Assembly (NCBI GenBank): GCA_977017645.1
Contig: OZ360234.1
Span: 34,596,001-34,660,000, forward strand
Length of the DNA stretch: 64,000 bases
From: Torpedo marmorata
Taxonomy: Eukaryota
Direction: 5' to 3'
Below are positions 13,138 to 25,657 of this stretch, in pieces (position 1 is the first letter of the stretch; every line of letters begins with the position of its first letter). The position numbers and the translations under genes are program-made. The notes beneath the pieces were generated by a model, which saw nothing but the letters and a program-made list of their open reading frames with translations, was not told the DNA's origin and searched no databases.

Positions 13138-14084
13138 ACTTAGTTCATGCAAAATAGTTCCTGGCAAAATCCTCTGTATATGCACAAGAACAAGGGAAGG
13201 CCATTTAGCCCCTTGAGTCAATGGAGGAACAGGCTCAATGGCCTAACATTGTTCACGAGATCCCAAGTGTGTACAGTGGCTTTTTTCCAGGAAATAACTA
13301 TTGGACACATAATATTTTTGGATATAATTTTAAAAGGTAAGATATAACATGCTATTCCACCTCTTAGTTCCTGTGTGTGATATGTACACACACTTTGAAG
13401 CTTAGCACAGTCCAATTATATTAATTACAAATGTACTTAAGAACAGGTGATGAAAAAGTAGCTGCAGAAAAATGAGTAATAACAGGAAAGGCAAGTTAAT
13501 ATTTTTTCTCTACTCGTCTTATTCCCACACCCAGACCTGATATGAAAATGTTATTTAAAAGAACAGCTTATAATTTGGCAGTTGAAGTTTTAGATAGCAA
13601 AGGATAATTCTCATTGCAATGTGCAGTGGAACTTTGTGCCAGGGGTTCGGGATCTCTAACAAGCGAATTTGTCAGTTAAATGGAAAGTGGGAAGATTTTA
13701 ATATTTAACAACAGCACTGCTAGAATTGAATAGCAGGCGATTTTTCGTTATCACTGAGTGTGAAGTAGTCTATTTTAACAGCAAAATGAAAAATTGTGTG
13801 CATTTTTCATCAATCTCCAGACATGGAAGGATTTAGCCCATCAGGTTTATGCCAGCTCTCAGAGCATTCCTAACAGTCCCTTTCACTCACAAACTATTGT
13901 CTCTCTCTTGTCTGTCAATTTCCAACCTCTCCCCCTCCAAATCCTCCAGCCACTCACCTACACTAGATAATTAGCCTCCCGGATATGGAGGAAAACCAAA
14001 GCGTACAAGAAAAGCCCACAAAGTCACAAGGAACAAAAATTAAAGCAGACACAGGAATTGTGTGGGAACATGATTTGCAAAATT

Positions 14085-15735
14085 GCCAGCAAGTATTTAG
14101 GAAAACTAACAAAATGCTGCTACTTATTAGTAGAGGAATGGAGTACAAAATTACAGTGGTTTAACTTCATTTACAGTAAAAAAAATCCAACAATTCAATA
14201 TCCAGTTTTATGGAAATCCTAATGGTTTGGCATCTGGCTCATTCATAAATCTGGAGTGGGACCTGGGGGTTTGGAGTGCAAATGGCCTGAGCCGGGGGCC
14301 AGTTGAGTGTTCGAGCAGGAATTCTGGAGTGCGGGCTGGGTGTACAGCCAGGGCTGTGTTCAGGGTCCCAGCACTGACAGTAAGTAACGGCTTTGCAGCT
14401 GGAACCAGAGTACACCTGTGTTTCAGCTTGATTTTCCACTTCCCTTTCCTTTTAAATAAATGAGTTCACTAGAAAATTCATTGTACTACTCCGTAGCAAG
14501 TACAAAAATAAAATGAAATACAACTGTGTTGGGCATTAAGAGTGTGAACCTACAATAGCCAGAAAATCTGATGGATTATCAGCATTTCATCAGCAAACAC
14601 TGGAAAAACTACATCTGAATACTGTGTATAGAATGAGTCCCCTTACTTTAGGAAGATTGTTAATGTGTTTAAACAGTTCAGAAAAGGCTTATTTTGACCA
14701 ATATCTGGAACAGGCACATTTACTTGCAAGGAATGATTGGACAGACTGGGGATGTGTTTGCTGAAATTTGGAATGAAAGAAGAATTTAATTTTAAAAAGA
14801 AGGATTGTGAGGGGTCTTTAATGAATGGATGTAGGGAGCATGTTTCTCCATGTGGAAGAATCTAGAACAGTGGTTTTCAAACTTTTTATTTCCACTCACA
14901 TTCCACCTTAAGTAATCCCTATGCCTGTGATTAGTAAGGGATTACTTAAGGTGGTATGTGAGTGGAAAGAAAAAGTTTGAAAACCACTGTTTTAATCGTA
15001 CCCAATTGACTCGTTATGTGCACAGTTTCATAACTCCAAAGGAAATGGGCCAATGACAATTTTTCTCAAGCAAAATATTTCAGTAACAATTGGGTCTAGA
15101 GCAGTGGTTCTCAACCTTCCCTTTCCACTCACATACCACCTTAAGCAATCCCTATGCCTGTGATTAGTAAGGGATTACTTAAGGTGGTATGTGAGTGGGA
15201 AGGGAAGGTTGAGAACCACTGCTCTAGACCCAATTGTTACTGAAATATTTTGCTTGAGAAAAATTGTCATTGGCCCATTTCCTTTGGAGTTATGAAACTG
15301 TGCACATAACGAGTCAATTGGGTACGATTAAAACAGTGGTTTTCAAACTTTTTCTTTCCACTCACATACCACCTTAAGTAATCCCTTACTAATCACAGGC
15401 ATAGGGATTGCTTAAGGTGGTATGTGAGTGGAAAGAAAAAGTTTGAAAACCACTGGTCTAGAACAGCGGGTCACTGTTTAAAAATAAGGAGTCATCCATT
15501 TCAGACAGAGATGATTTTTGCTTCTCTCAGGAATTAGGAGTCCTTGGAAATCCAGCAATAAAAACAGACACATTGAGTATTTTTAAATACAAGTGGATGG
15601 ATGACACATAATGAGTGGTGAATGATAACTGACAGCCAGGAATGCAATATTGTGGTAACAATCAGATCAAGCATGATCTTGTTAGATAGCAGAATGGGCT
15701 AGAGGTCTGAGTGGTCCACCCCTGCTTCTAATTTA
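14085..15735 (+). mobile_element. Highly degraded CR1 3' region interrupted by DNA-transposon insertions
   Basis: CR1 motifs (ATTAGTAGAGGAATGGAGTACAA, TACATCTGAATACTGTGTA, GTCACTGTTTAAAAATAAGG) flank an insert at about 14172-14580 and the MITE at 14868-15455. Confidence 0.5.
14868..15455. mobile_element. Three-module palindromic hAT-type MITE (588 bp)
   Basis: Module 14868-14989, spacer 14990-15101, module 15102-15221, inverted spacer 15222-15333, module 15334-15455. 8 bp TSD ATCTAGAA / GTCTAGAA. Confidence 0.93.
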
Positions 15736-15936
15736 TATAAAATCTACCATTTCAGAGTTATGGGTAAGGGAAAAAGCACAGGAAAACTGGGAAAAGTAAC
15801 CAGAGAAAAAGAACAGCTTTGGGAAATATTTATAAAAATAATAAATAATATATACTGCTGAAAGTCAAGAACAAAGCCATGAATGATTAAAATTAGCTGT
15901 AAAATTGAAAATATATATTAAAAAGTATTCAAATGA

Positions 15937-16196
15937 GCGGCACGGTTAGCGTAGCGGTTAGCACAACGCTGTTACAGTGCCAGCGATCGGGACCGGGGTT
16001 CAAATCCCGCGCTGTCTGTAAGGAGTTTGTACGTTCTCCCCGTGTCTGCGTGGGTTTTCCCCAGGGACTCCAGTTTCCTCCCACCCTCCAAAACGTATCA
16101 GGGGTTGTAGGTAAATTGGGTGTAATTGGGCGGCACGGGCTTGTGGGCTGAAAGGGCCTGTTACCATGCTGTATGTCTAAATTTAATTTAAATTTC
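15937..16196 (+). mobile_element. Full-length tRNA-derived SINE (HE1/V-SINE-like)
   Basis: A-box-like TAGCGTAGCGG, B-box GGTTCAAATCC, conserved core, and CR1-like 3' end GGGCTGAAAGGGCCTGTTACCATGCTGTATGTCTAAA. Confidence 0.9.
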
Positions 16197-17088
16197 AAAA
16201 ATGTAATCTGAGGATGACAAATGAGAATACCAAGAGATGAGGATAGAAGTCAAAGAGACAGTTGGGAATCCAAGAAAATTAAAAAAATCAAGGAATCTGA
16301 AAGAAAAACAGAAAGAGTATGAATGTTTGTCTCCAAAGAAGTTCACTCCACTTATCTGAGGTTTCCATAAGTTAGACTGGAAGATGATTTTGTGGAGTCA
16401 CCTGCTATTCAAGTGGCCTCCAGATGGTGTGAAGTTACATTACTTTGCACTCAGAGTGGATGGGAAGCCAACTTGTGGCAGTTAAAAGAGGTACAAATGT
16501 TAAAATACCCTGTTTCTTTATCTGGAGTATAAAGACTTTGAGTGACATTGAATTGTGGCATTAAAAATCAGCCCCCAGTTTTGGGGCTACGGACTATCCA
16601 GGAGTTGACAGGGATGTGCCTATAATGCGATTAACAAGGCTAAACCATTGCCTTTCACTTAGTTTCAAGGCCAATATTGACACAAACATTTTTCATCCAG
16701 CAATGTGACACAAGTATTTCTGTAATTTAGTGGATTCATTATGGATGGCCTTGAAGATTGGGTGCAAGACAGCTGTGTGAAAAAGTAATTTTAACCTTAC
16801 CTGCACCAGAGGAAATTGACAAAATTTAATTAGCTTGTCATTTTACACCCTACCCAATTTTAGTCTGCATTGTGATTACAGTCAGTAAAAGGGTTTAGGA
16901 ACAAGGCTGCCAGACCTGTAATCCAAAAGTTTTGCAAATAAGAGCAGAGCAGACATAGCAAAAGTCACAAACTCATCTAATCTCTCAGTCACCACCACCG
17001 TCAGACCTCTATAATCCTCACAACTTGTTTGAATATCATTTGTGTTGCCTATTGAGATCAAAATTCAAGAGCTAGAACTTTAGAACAT

Positions 17089-17352
17089 GGGCAGCACTGT
17101 TAGTGTACGGGCGGCACGGTTAGTGTAATGGTTAGCGCAACTCTGTTACAGCGCCAGCGACCAGGGTTTGAATCCGGCGCTGTCTGTAAGAAGTTTGTAT
17201 GTTCTCCCCGTTGTCTGCATGAGTTTCCTTTGGGTGCTCCGGTTTCCTCCCAGCATTCAAAACGTACCGGGAGCTGTAGGTCAATTGGGTGTAATTGGGC
17301 GGCACGGACTCTTGGTCCAAAAGGCCCATTACCGTGCTGTATGTCTAAATAA
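17089..17352 (+). mobile_element. tRNA-derived SINE (HE1/V-SINE-like) with duplicated head
   Basis: Same family. GGGCAGCACTGTTAGTGTA precedes GGGCGGCACGGTTAGTGTA. Confidence 0.88.
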
Positions 17353-17589
17353 AACTGTATGCAGAACAATCGTCCATTCCACTACACTGCTGGTACAACC
17401 TCAAGAGAGGGAGTTCATTCATTTTGTCTGGATTTATTGGAACTGTAGTGAGAAATTGTAAATCCATTTACATGCAAGCCATATGTACCTTTCACAGCAT
17501 GGTTATGAGCCCATCATGGCAAACCTCAGTGCCAAGACCTTGCATGGTGCTGAACTTATATCCACAGCTGTTTATCCAAATGGTGAACC

Positions 17590-18680
17590 AATTCTATCTT
17601 TAAGTTCTTTGATGACACTATAGTCGTGGGCAAAATATGAAATAATGATGAGAAGGAATACAGGAAGGAAATTGAGAGTTTTGTGGCCTGGTACAGCCTC
17701 CCCTCAGTCTCAGTAGGACAACAAGCTGATCATAGACTGGAAGGGGTAAAGAGCCCACTCCCCTGTCAAGTCAAGTCACCTTTATTTGTCGTTCATTACC
17801 ATATACACAGTAAGACGAGATAGCGTTTCTCCAGGACCATGGGCAGATGTACATAAATATCATAATACAATAGAAAAAACTATAACATGCTAATACACAT
17901 ATATATCTAGGAATTGAGGAGCCTGATGGCTTGGGGGAAAAAACTGTTGCACAGTCTGGACGTACGAGCTCGAGTGCTTCGGTACCTCCTTACAGATGGC
18001 AAAAGGGAAAACAGTTTACCAAAGGGGTGTGAGAAGTCCTTCACAATGTTTTTAGCCTTCCTCATGAACCGTGTGTTGTAGATGTCCGTCATGGTGGGGA
18101 GAGAGACTCCAATAATTTTCTCCGCTGCCCTCGCTATCCTCTGCAGGGTCTTTCAGTCCGAGGTGGTACAGTTACCAAACCAAGCGGTGATGCAATTGCT
18201 CAGAATACTCTCAATACATCCCCTGTAGAATGTAGTAAGGATAGGGGATGGGAGATGAACTTTCCTCAGTCTTCGCAGGAAGTGAAGACGCTGCTGGGCT
18301 TTCTTGACTATGGAACTGGTGTTTAGGGACCAGCTGAGACTGTCTGCCAAGTGCACTCCAAGAGTGGATATCTTCTAGTTCTTGGAAGGAAACATTTCCA
18401 GTGACCAGACCTAGACCAACCACACTGACACAACAGTCAAGAAAGCACATCAACACCTCCATTTCCTTAGAAGGTTGGGGAAGTTTGGTATGTCCTCAAT
18501 GTCCTTTAGCAACGTCTACAGGTACGCCATCAAAAGCATCCTAGCTGGATGCATCGTAGCTTGGTACAGGAGCAGCTACATCCAAGATCAGAAGCTGCTG
18601 CAGAAGGTGGTGACTGAAGCTCAGAACATCATGCAAAAGGTATAATGTGATAATAAACTTGAGCTTGAACTTGAACTTTA
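17590..18680 (+). mobile_element. Old Rex1/Babar-type LINE fragment hosting a nested younger copy
   Basis: KFFDDTIVVG-like RT motif near 17600, continuation after 18360, and tail AATAAACTTGAGCTTGAACTTGAAC. Confidence 0.7.
17765..18360 (-). mobile_element. Rex1/Babar-type LINE 3' fragment nested in opposite orientation
   Basis: ORFs 18153-18356 (KKAQQRLHFLRRLRK...FYRGCIESIL) and 17907-18092 (NSFFPQAIRLLNS), with a (GACTT)n tail at 17765-17777. Confidence 0.88.
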
Positions 18681-19445
18681 GCCAATGTTGCAATTTTCCA
18701 TAACAAGCTGCAGGACTCACAAATTGGCTCTCTGCGACCAAAAGTGGAGATCTCATTAATGGAGAGGAAAGAGGACTTGTTAACAGAACCCTCCTTTGAG
18801 CCTGAGTGGGGTGAACTGTGATCATAGGATTGAGGAGATGGGCATGGAATAAAATAGGCGCTGGCAATCAGAGAAACTGTGCCTCAGGGCAGGGTGGGCT
18901 GTGTGAGGCCAGTGATCAGAGTCCATCAGCAGCATTATAAAGTTGGTAACTATAGCACTTAACTTGACTGGATCCATATCTGATGCTGTGTGTTGAAAAC
19001 ATGATCGGCCCTGGCATGACCAAAGATTAGAACTTGTTGCACAATGTGCATTAATTTCCCCAGAGCTTTGCACACGAATGCATGCACATCTGGTGTGATT
19101 TCAGCCTCACAACTATGATCCTTCCTGGAATTGCCCAGCAGAATTTCTGCAGTAATGCAATATACTTTGGAAATGGTCACTATCCGGTTTCACTCCATCC
19201 AATGTGCACTTTTACTCACTTAGTCCTGAGATAAACACAGTTCTACATTGATAAATTTATAGGCCCCAAATTTCAAAGTTAGTCTCACATGGTATTTCCA
19301 GAACAATATATTTTATAAATGATATAATAAACATTTTGATGCAAAGTATACCTGAACATTGGGGATATGGGAAAAGAAACAACTTGCCTAAAACTTTTAA
19401 GAAAGACAGTGCTTAATTAATTCTCAACCAACGAAATGAAAAATA

Positions 19446-21041
19446 TGCTCTACCACCACCTTCCTCCGCCTGGCAGAACTTGTCCTCACTCTCAATAACT
19501 TCTCCTTCAACTCATCGCACTTCCTCCAAATCAAAGGAGTAGCCATGGGTACCCGCATGGGTCCCAGCTACGCCTGCCTGTTTGTGGGCTTTGTGGAGCA
19601 ATCCATGCTGCAAGCTGACACAGGCAAGACCCGTCATCTCTTCCTCCATTATATCGACGACTACATCGGGGCTGCCTCATGCACCCGCGATGAGCTTGTC
19701 AACTTCATCCACTTCGCATCCAACTTCCACCACGATCTCAAACTCACCTGGTCCATCTCCGATAACACTCTCCCCTTCCTGGATCTCTCTGTCTCCATCT
19801 CAGGAGGCAAGCTTTCCACCGACATTTACTACAAACCCTCCAACTCCCACAACTATCTGGACTACACTTCCTCACACCCTGTCCCCTGCAAGGATTCCAT
19901 CCCCTTCTCTCAATTTCTCCGTCTCCGCCACATCTGTTCCCAAGATGAGGTCTTCCAGTCCAGATCTTCTGAAATGTCTGCCTTTTTCCACAAATGTGGC
20001 TTCCCCTCCACCACCATCAACTCAGCCCTCACCCGCATCTCCTCCATTTCCCGCTCACCTGCCCTGGCCCCCCTCTGCCCCCAGACGCAATAAACATAGA
20101 ATCCCCCTCATCCTCACCTACCACCCCACCAGCCTCCGCACCCAACACATTATCCGCTGGAATTTCCGGCACTTCCTACAGGATCCCACCACCAGACACA
20201 TTTTTCCTTCTCCTCCCCTCTCGGCCTTCCGTAGGGACCGCTCCCTCCGCGATTCCCTCGTGCACTCATCCCTCCCCACCCATCGCACCCCCGGCACCTT
20301 CCCCTGTGCCCGCAGGAGGTGCAACACCTGCGCCCACATCTCCCCCCTCACCATGGTCCAGGGTCCCAAACAGGCCTTTCAAGTGAAACTACACTTCACT
20401 TGTACATCCAGAGAACTTATTTACTGCATCCGGTGCTCCCTTTGTGGCTTTCTCTACATCGGAGAGACCGGTCGTAGATTGGGGGATCGCTTTGCTGCGC
20501 ACCTCCTCTCCGTCCACAACAACAGCGACCTCCCAGTAGCCAGCCATTTCAATTCCGAGTCACACTCCCACACTCACATGTCTGTCCATGGCCTTATGTA
20601 CTATCCCACCCAGACTACCCGCAAATTGGAGGAACAACATCTCATTTTCCGTCTGAGCACTCTCCAGCCAGATGCCATTAACATTGACTTTTCTGCTTTC
20701 CACTAAACCTGCTTGTCTTTTCCTTCCCCTCCCCCCTCACCTGTCCTTCCTGTTTTTTTCCACCCAGCCAGCCATCCTTCCTCCCCCTCTTTGCTGCTGT
20801 TCTCTCCCTCCTTTCTCCACCTATCATCTCCTGCCTTGCCACCCCCCCCTCCCCCCTCACTCTTTTGTTCGGACGCCTGCCAGCATTTTCTCATACTTTG
20901 ATGAAGGGCTCAAGCCGGAAACGTCGGTTATGTATTTCTACCTTTGCTACATAAAAGACACTGTTTGACCTGCTGAGTTTCTCCAGCATTTGTGTTTTTT
21001 ACTTTAACCACGGTGTCTACAGATTTTCGTGTTTTACTTAC
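19446..21041 (+). mobile_element. Penelope-like retroelement (Neptune-type linker), 5'-truncated and frameshifted
   Basis: RT motifs GVAMGTRMGPSYA and YIDD, Cys linker GTFPCARRRCNTC, GIY-YIG LIYCIRCSLCGFLYIGETGRRLGDRF. Frameshift near 20070. TSD AAATGAAAAATA (19434-19445 / 21042-21053). Confidence 0.95.
20892..20932 (+). ncRNA. Putative minimal type I hammerhead ribozyme motif in the PLE terminal repeat
   Basis: CATACT-TTGATGA-A-GGGCTCAAGCCG-GAAA-CGTC-GGTTATG, with one helix II mismatch. Confidence 0.65.
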
Positions 21042-22152
21042 AAATGAAAAATACAGCTTGAAGCTCCATAATTTGACTAACAGTTTAGGAAAATACAGTC
21101 AATAAAGTTATCAGCAGTGTTCATTACCATGAGGCTACATAATGATACTATATGTTTGATAATGTCATAAGTCATTTTCTGCAAACAGATATCCTATATT
21201 TTTTTAGTTCATTAGTGAAGCTATACTTCAGGATGTAAACTGGACAGCAGATTCCCACAGAAGGTGAGTCAGAGCCTGGTAATGTTGCTTTTGCACCTTT
21301 GCCTGTTTTGACTGATCAGGTTTCTATTGTCTGCCATTCACAAATCGGACATGGTTCAATGAATGTGAGTAAAAAGGTACCAGGGAAAGGTTTTTGTAAT
21401 GACTTGCTATTACGTATGGAATAGCTGCTTTAGTCATACAAAGGTCTTGATTATGTGATAAAGTCATTAGAAGCTTCTTTGAATTCTGTAAGATTCCTGT
21501 TTAATCCATACTAAACACATTTTTTAACATCTGTATTATCAAGGATAAGATTGCTTTGTATCCTTTAGTCAAAGAGACATTTAAAAGCTGGTTTTACAAA
21601 TACCAGGTATCAAATTGGCGACGCTTCAGTATTCATTTTACAGGACTCTAAAGGACAGTATCAATGGTGTTCAAAGTCTGATCATGCCTGCAGTAGTTTT
21701 GTTTAGTACAGTACATGCATTAAGCTGAAACATTCAGGCAAACAACCCAATGTGGTAAACCATTGTATTCCCTTGAATAGGCAATGAACAAATCTCAGTC
21801 TTGTCACAGTTCATGCACAGCTCCAAGCAAACCCCAAAGCTTCCACAGGGCACAACTGCTTTTCAGCAATATAGTTCTGCAAAATGAGAAAGGAGCAGCA
21901 GCATTAAAATCAAATAATCATTAAACTAGAAAAAATGCTAAAAATGGAGCAAGATTCCACATTATTGCACACAGATCTCAGTTAGGCGTTTTCTTCATTA
22001 AATCCAGTATTTTAATGTCTGATACATTCCATAGATGTTAATTATGCTGCATTTGTCTATTCTTTCATTTGGTAAATCACCCACCTAATTGTATCAATAA
22101 TTTTGTTAACACATAGCACTGTTAAGTACCAATCTTTGTTCCAATGTTGTCA

Positions 22153-22306
22153 GAAGTAAAACACAAAAGTCTGCAGGCACCATTTTGAAGTAAAAACACA
22201 ATGCTGGAGAAACTCAGCTGGTCAAACAGTGTACTTTATGTAGCAAAGATAAAGATACATAGCCAACGTCTCGGGTTTGTGCCCTTCATCAAGGTATGAT
22301 CATCAA
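22153..22306 (-). mobile_element. Solo PLE terminal-repeat insertion with hammerhead motif
   Basis: Matches the PLE 3' end. TSD CCAATGTTGTCA (22141-22152 / 22307-22318). Confidence 0.88.
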
Positions 22307-23671
22307 CCAATGTTGTCATTGGGCTTTCATAATGGATTACTCTGGTCCTGGCAACCTTAGGATTTACAGACAGTGGTTTGATCTCTTGGCAACTTTCCCA
22401 GATTTATGTTCAATGAACAATTGGTATCATTCCTTTTTAAACAAATAACAGGGATGTATACCTGTTCCAGCATGCAATAGCCAATGCTTATCTTTCGTGA
22501 CACTATTCAGGTGCTCTGCATAGCAACTGGAAGATCATTCAATCAACACAGAACAGCCAATTTAATTCATTCATTAGATAGCCCCATCCTCTCCAAATTA
22601 GCTTTCCAGATTCATAAATGAGACGATTCCTTTGTCATACATGTTAAGAATGAAATATTGTAGTACTGGTGTATTGAACTCTGCTTCAGAAATGCAGATG
22701 TTTTGACTTCAATGGAACTAAATCTCAGAAGCAAAGCTGATTCTATGCATCTTACCACATCACTTGTTCAGCACACGCAATAGAGTACATACTTCTACCC
22801 ATTTCAGTCCTTTGCCAAATAAAAATTAAAAGAAGGGGTTGGCAGCAAGATATTAGGGACTTGAATCCCAAGACTAGTTCAGCAGATGATAAAAATTCCT
22901 CACACCCTTCGGTTTTCTCACTAATTACTTGAGCAGTTCAACAACATTTAAGTCCAAAAATAGACTTCGGGACATTGCCTTCTTTCCACTCTTGTTCTTA
23001 CGAAGTCTTCACACTCTGTTCCACTGGTGACAGCTCTATCTTCAGCTGCTTAAATCCAATGCATTAGAATTCCCTTCTTAAACATTTCTCAATGTTTAAC
23101 TTGCTCTTCATTTGACTCTCCTTAAAAACTACCCTTTTGATTGGGTTTTGAACTATTCTTGCCCTTAGCATCAATGTATAACTGATCAAACCATTTTGAA
23201 GCCCCTTAAAATGTGTTCTCAAATTGAAAATACAATTTAATTTGGACTAGCTTTAAGAACCTCAGTAAATTTACTTACTTGGAGATTTTTAAAAGTCCAT
23301 TCATTTATAAACAATCCAATCCAAAAATGGACAAGCAAGACTCTTGATATATTAGTTTCTGAGCGATTTTAGCAGAAGCAGAGAATTATATGCAGTTTCA
23401 CTATGCTGCTTTGTCAATGACTTAAGTGTAATTGTGTGATACAGTGAGCAGAAATTGCATGCCTTGTATAAACCTGAAGTCTAACAATCACCAAACTGGT
23501 AAAAGACAATATGATCAAGGATATAATAGCAAAAAATATAACATCATGGCATTTTGTTTGCATGATATCAAACTATGAAAATAACTTACTTTAAGTATCA
23601 TTCACCTGTCATTTGACAATGTTAATAAAATAGAAAATGCTCAATAAATTAGGCAGTCACAGAGTTAACAA

Positions 23672-23799
23672 GTAAAAACACAAATGCTGGAAGCTCAGCA
23701 GATCAAACAGTGTCCTTTATGTAGCAAAGGTAGAAATACATAACCGACGTTTTGGGCTTGAGCCCTTCATCAAGGTATGAGAAAATGCCGGCAGGCGTC
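23672..23799 (-). mobile_element. Solo PLE terminal-repeat insertion with hammerhead motif
   Basis: Matches the PLE 3' end. TSD CAGAGTTAACAA (23660-23671 / 23800-23811). Confidence 0.9.
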
Positions 23800-24559
23800 C
23801 AGAGTTAACAATCTGGTCTTCAAAATTTTGCTTTTGTTTCACTGTGTCTGTTCTGCATGATACTATTTCAGTTTTTTAGTGTTCTCAATTTTTCTTCTAA
23901 GTACTGTATATACAGTATGTGAACAATTTGATGTGGTCCATTTAGGTTGGTCCTTTATCCTACTCTAGCAACTTACTCTTAAGCTATTACTTTAATTCTC
24001 TTTATGTTTCCCCTAACTACGGTACATCTTAGAAATGCAGAAAAACCCGGAAATCTTAAAGTATAAATTGTAATTGGTATAGATCTGCACATGTGCATTC
24101 CTCTTCCTAGCTGCTAAAAAATAATTAATTTAGAGGTTGCTGCAGTAAGTATTTAAATTAACAAAAATCTGCTCTCTTCTGAAGAACATTGTATGTGGAA
24201 ATGTCAGAGTTTGCAAACACTGGATATATTTTGGTTTTATACACCTGCGATTGATGTCAATGGAATCAAATTGTTGGCGGTGAATTCAAGGAACAGCCTA
24301 TATTTGGCAAAGGCAACCAAAGACACACTTCTCCCTCATATACCAAAGTCATGTGGGTTGGTCACTTAAGCGAACTCTGTAAATTGCCTCTAGAGTGTGA
24401 GTAGTAGAATCTGGTGGGGTGGGCGGGGGAGCTGATGGAAATGTGGGGAGGATAGAAATAGGATGAGTGTAGATGCATGGCATGGATTTGGTCCGCTGCA
24501 TGGCCTGTTTGCATGGTGTATATAACTGTATATTCCACGTCAGGATGAGGCATAATTGT

Positions 24560-25275
24560 AGCAATGGTATACAGGCAATGGAGGAAGTTTAAGCTGTGGA
24601 TTTGGAACACAATTATGTCAAATGATTTGTCCTGGATGCTTTTGAGTTCTTGAGTATTGCAGGATCTTCCCTGAACAGGCAAGTAAAGAATATTACTGTA
24701 GAATCCTGATAAGGCTTGAGGATGGTGGAAAGGCTTTGAGGGATCCGAGAATGCCACAGAATACCTGGAATACCTCTGTTAGTGGTTATGGGATTTATGT
24801 GCATAGTCCTGTTAAGCTTTTAGTCAATGGTCAAACTGAGATGATGATAAAGGGAGTCATGACAATGTTCATGGCATTAATGGCAAAGTGAATTCTGTTG
24901 GAGATAATCATTTTGTGATACAAATATTACTGCCAGTTGTCAGTCTATGCCTCAATGTTGTCCAAGATCTGCCACAGAAAGGCGAGGACCACTTCATTAT
25001 CTGAGGAGGAGAGGTCATTGATAACATAACTGAAGATGGCGAGTTTATGGCATTATGCTGAGGAATTCTCACCCTGAGCAACATCCTGGAGATCAGATGT
25101 GTGATCTCAAATAACCACAATCATTTTCCTTTGTGCAAGGTATGACTCCAGCCACCGGAGACTTTTTCAGCTGATTCCCATCGACACTAGTTTTACCAGC
25201 ACTCCTTGGTCAAATGATAACTTGACATCAAATGGGTCATGCTTGCTCGACCTCTGGAATTCATGTCCATGGCTC
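24560..25275 (-). mobile_element. Old LINE (CR1/L2-like) fragment
   Basis: Degenerate RT C-terminal-like translations on the minus strand, similar to 8860-9185. Confidence 0.4.
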
Positions 25276-25657
25276 AATTTTATTTTCTATTTCAAAAGTT
25301 TTATTATCATAAGAAACAAAGTTTGATCCATGAAGTATCAGGAATGAATACTGCAGGGTACGTAAAGATTGGAGACTAGAGAGATAACCAATCTATAAAT
25401 AGCTGAGTTAAAATCATGACCAGGCAAAAAGTGGCAGGAAGAAAGAGGAACAATAAACAAAATAATAGCTTTGAAATGCACAGTTGCGTTGTCATTAACT
25501 TTGATTAAGTTTTAACATACAAAAGGCACCTCAACAAGATAGCAATGAAGTTCAAGATAGGCAATAACCATCATACCGAACTGGCAGGATCCTCATGGGA
25601 AATGAATGCTAGAACCTTAATGCTATCAGCCCTTCATTATCAATGATGGAGCACTAT

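Noticed and set aside
12762-15455. Repeat-spacer pattern resembling a CRISPR array
   Set aside because: Repeats are 120 bp hairpins with identical spacers, hAT termini and 8 bp TSDs in vertebrate DNA. No cas genes are present.
15937-16010. tRNA gene
   Set aside because: A/B boxes belong to a SINE head that continues into the SINE core and tail. No full cloverleaf is evident.
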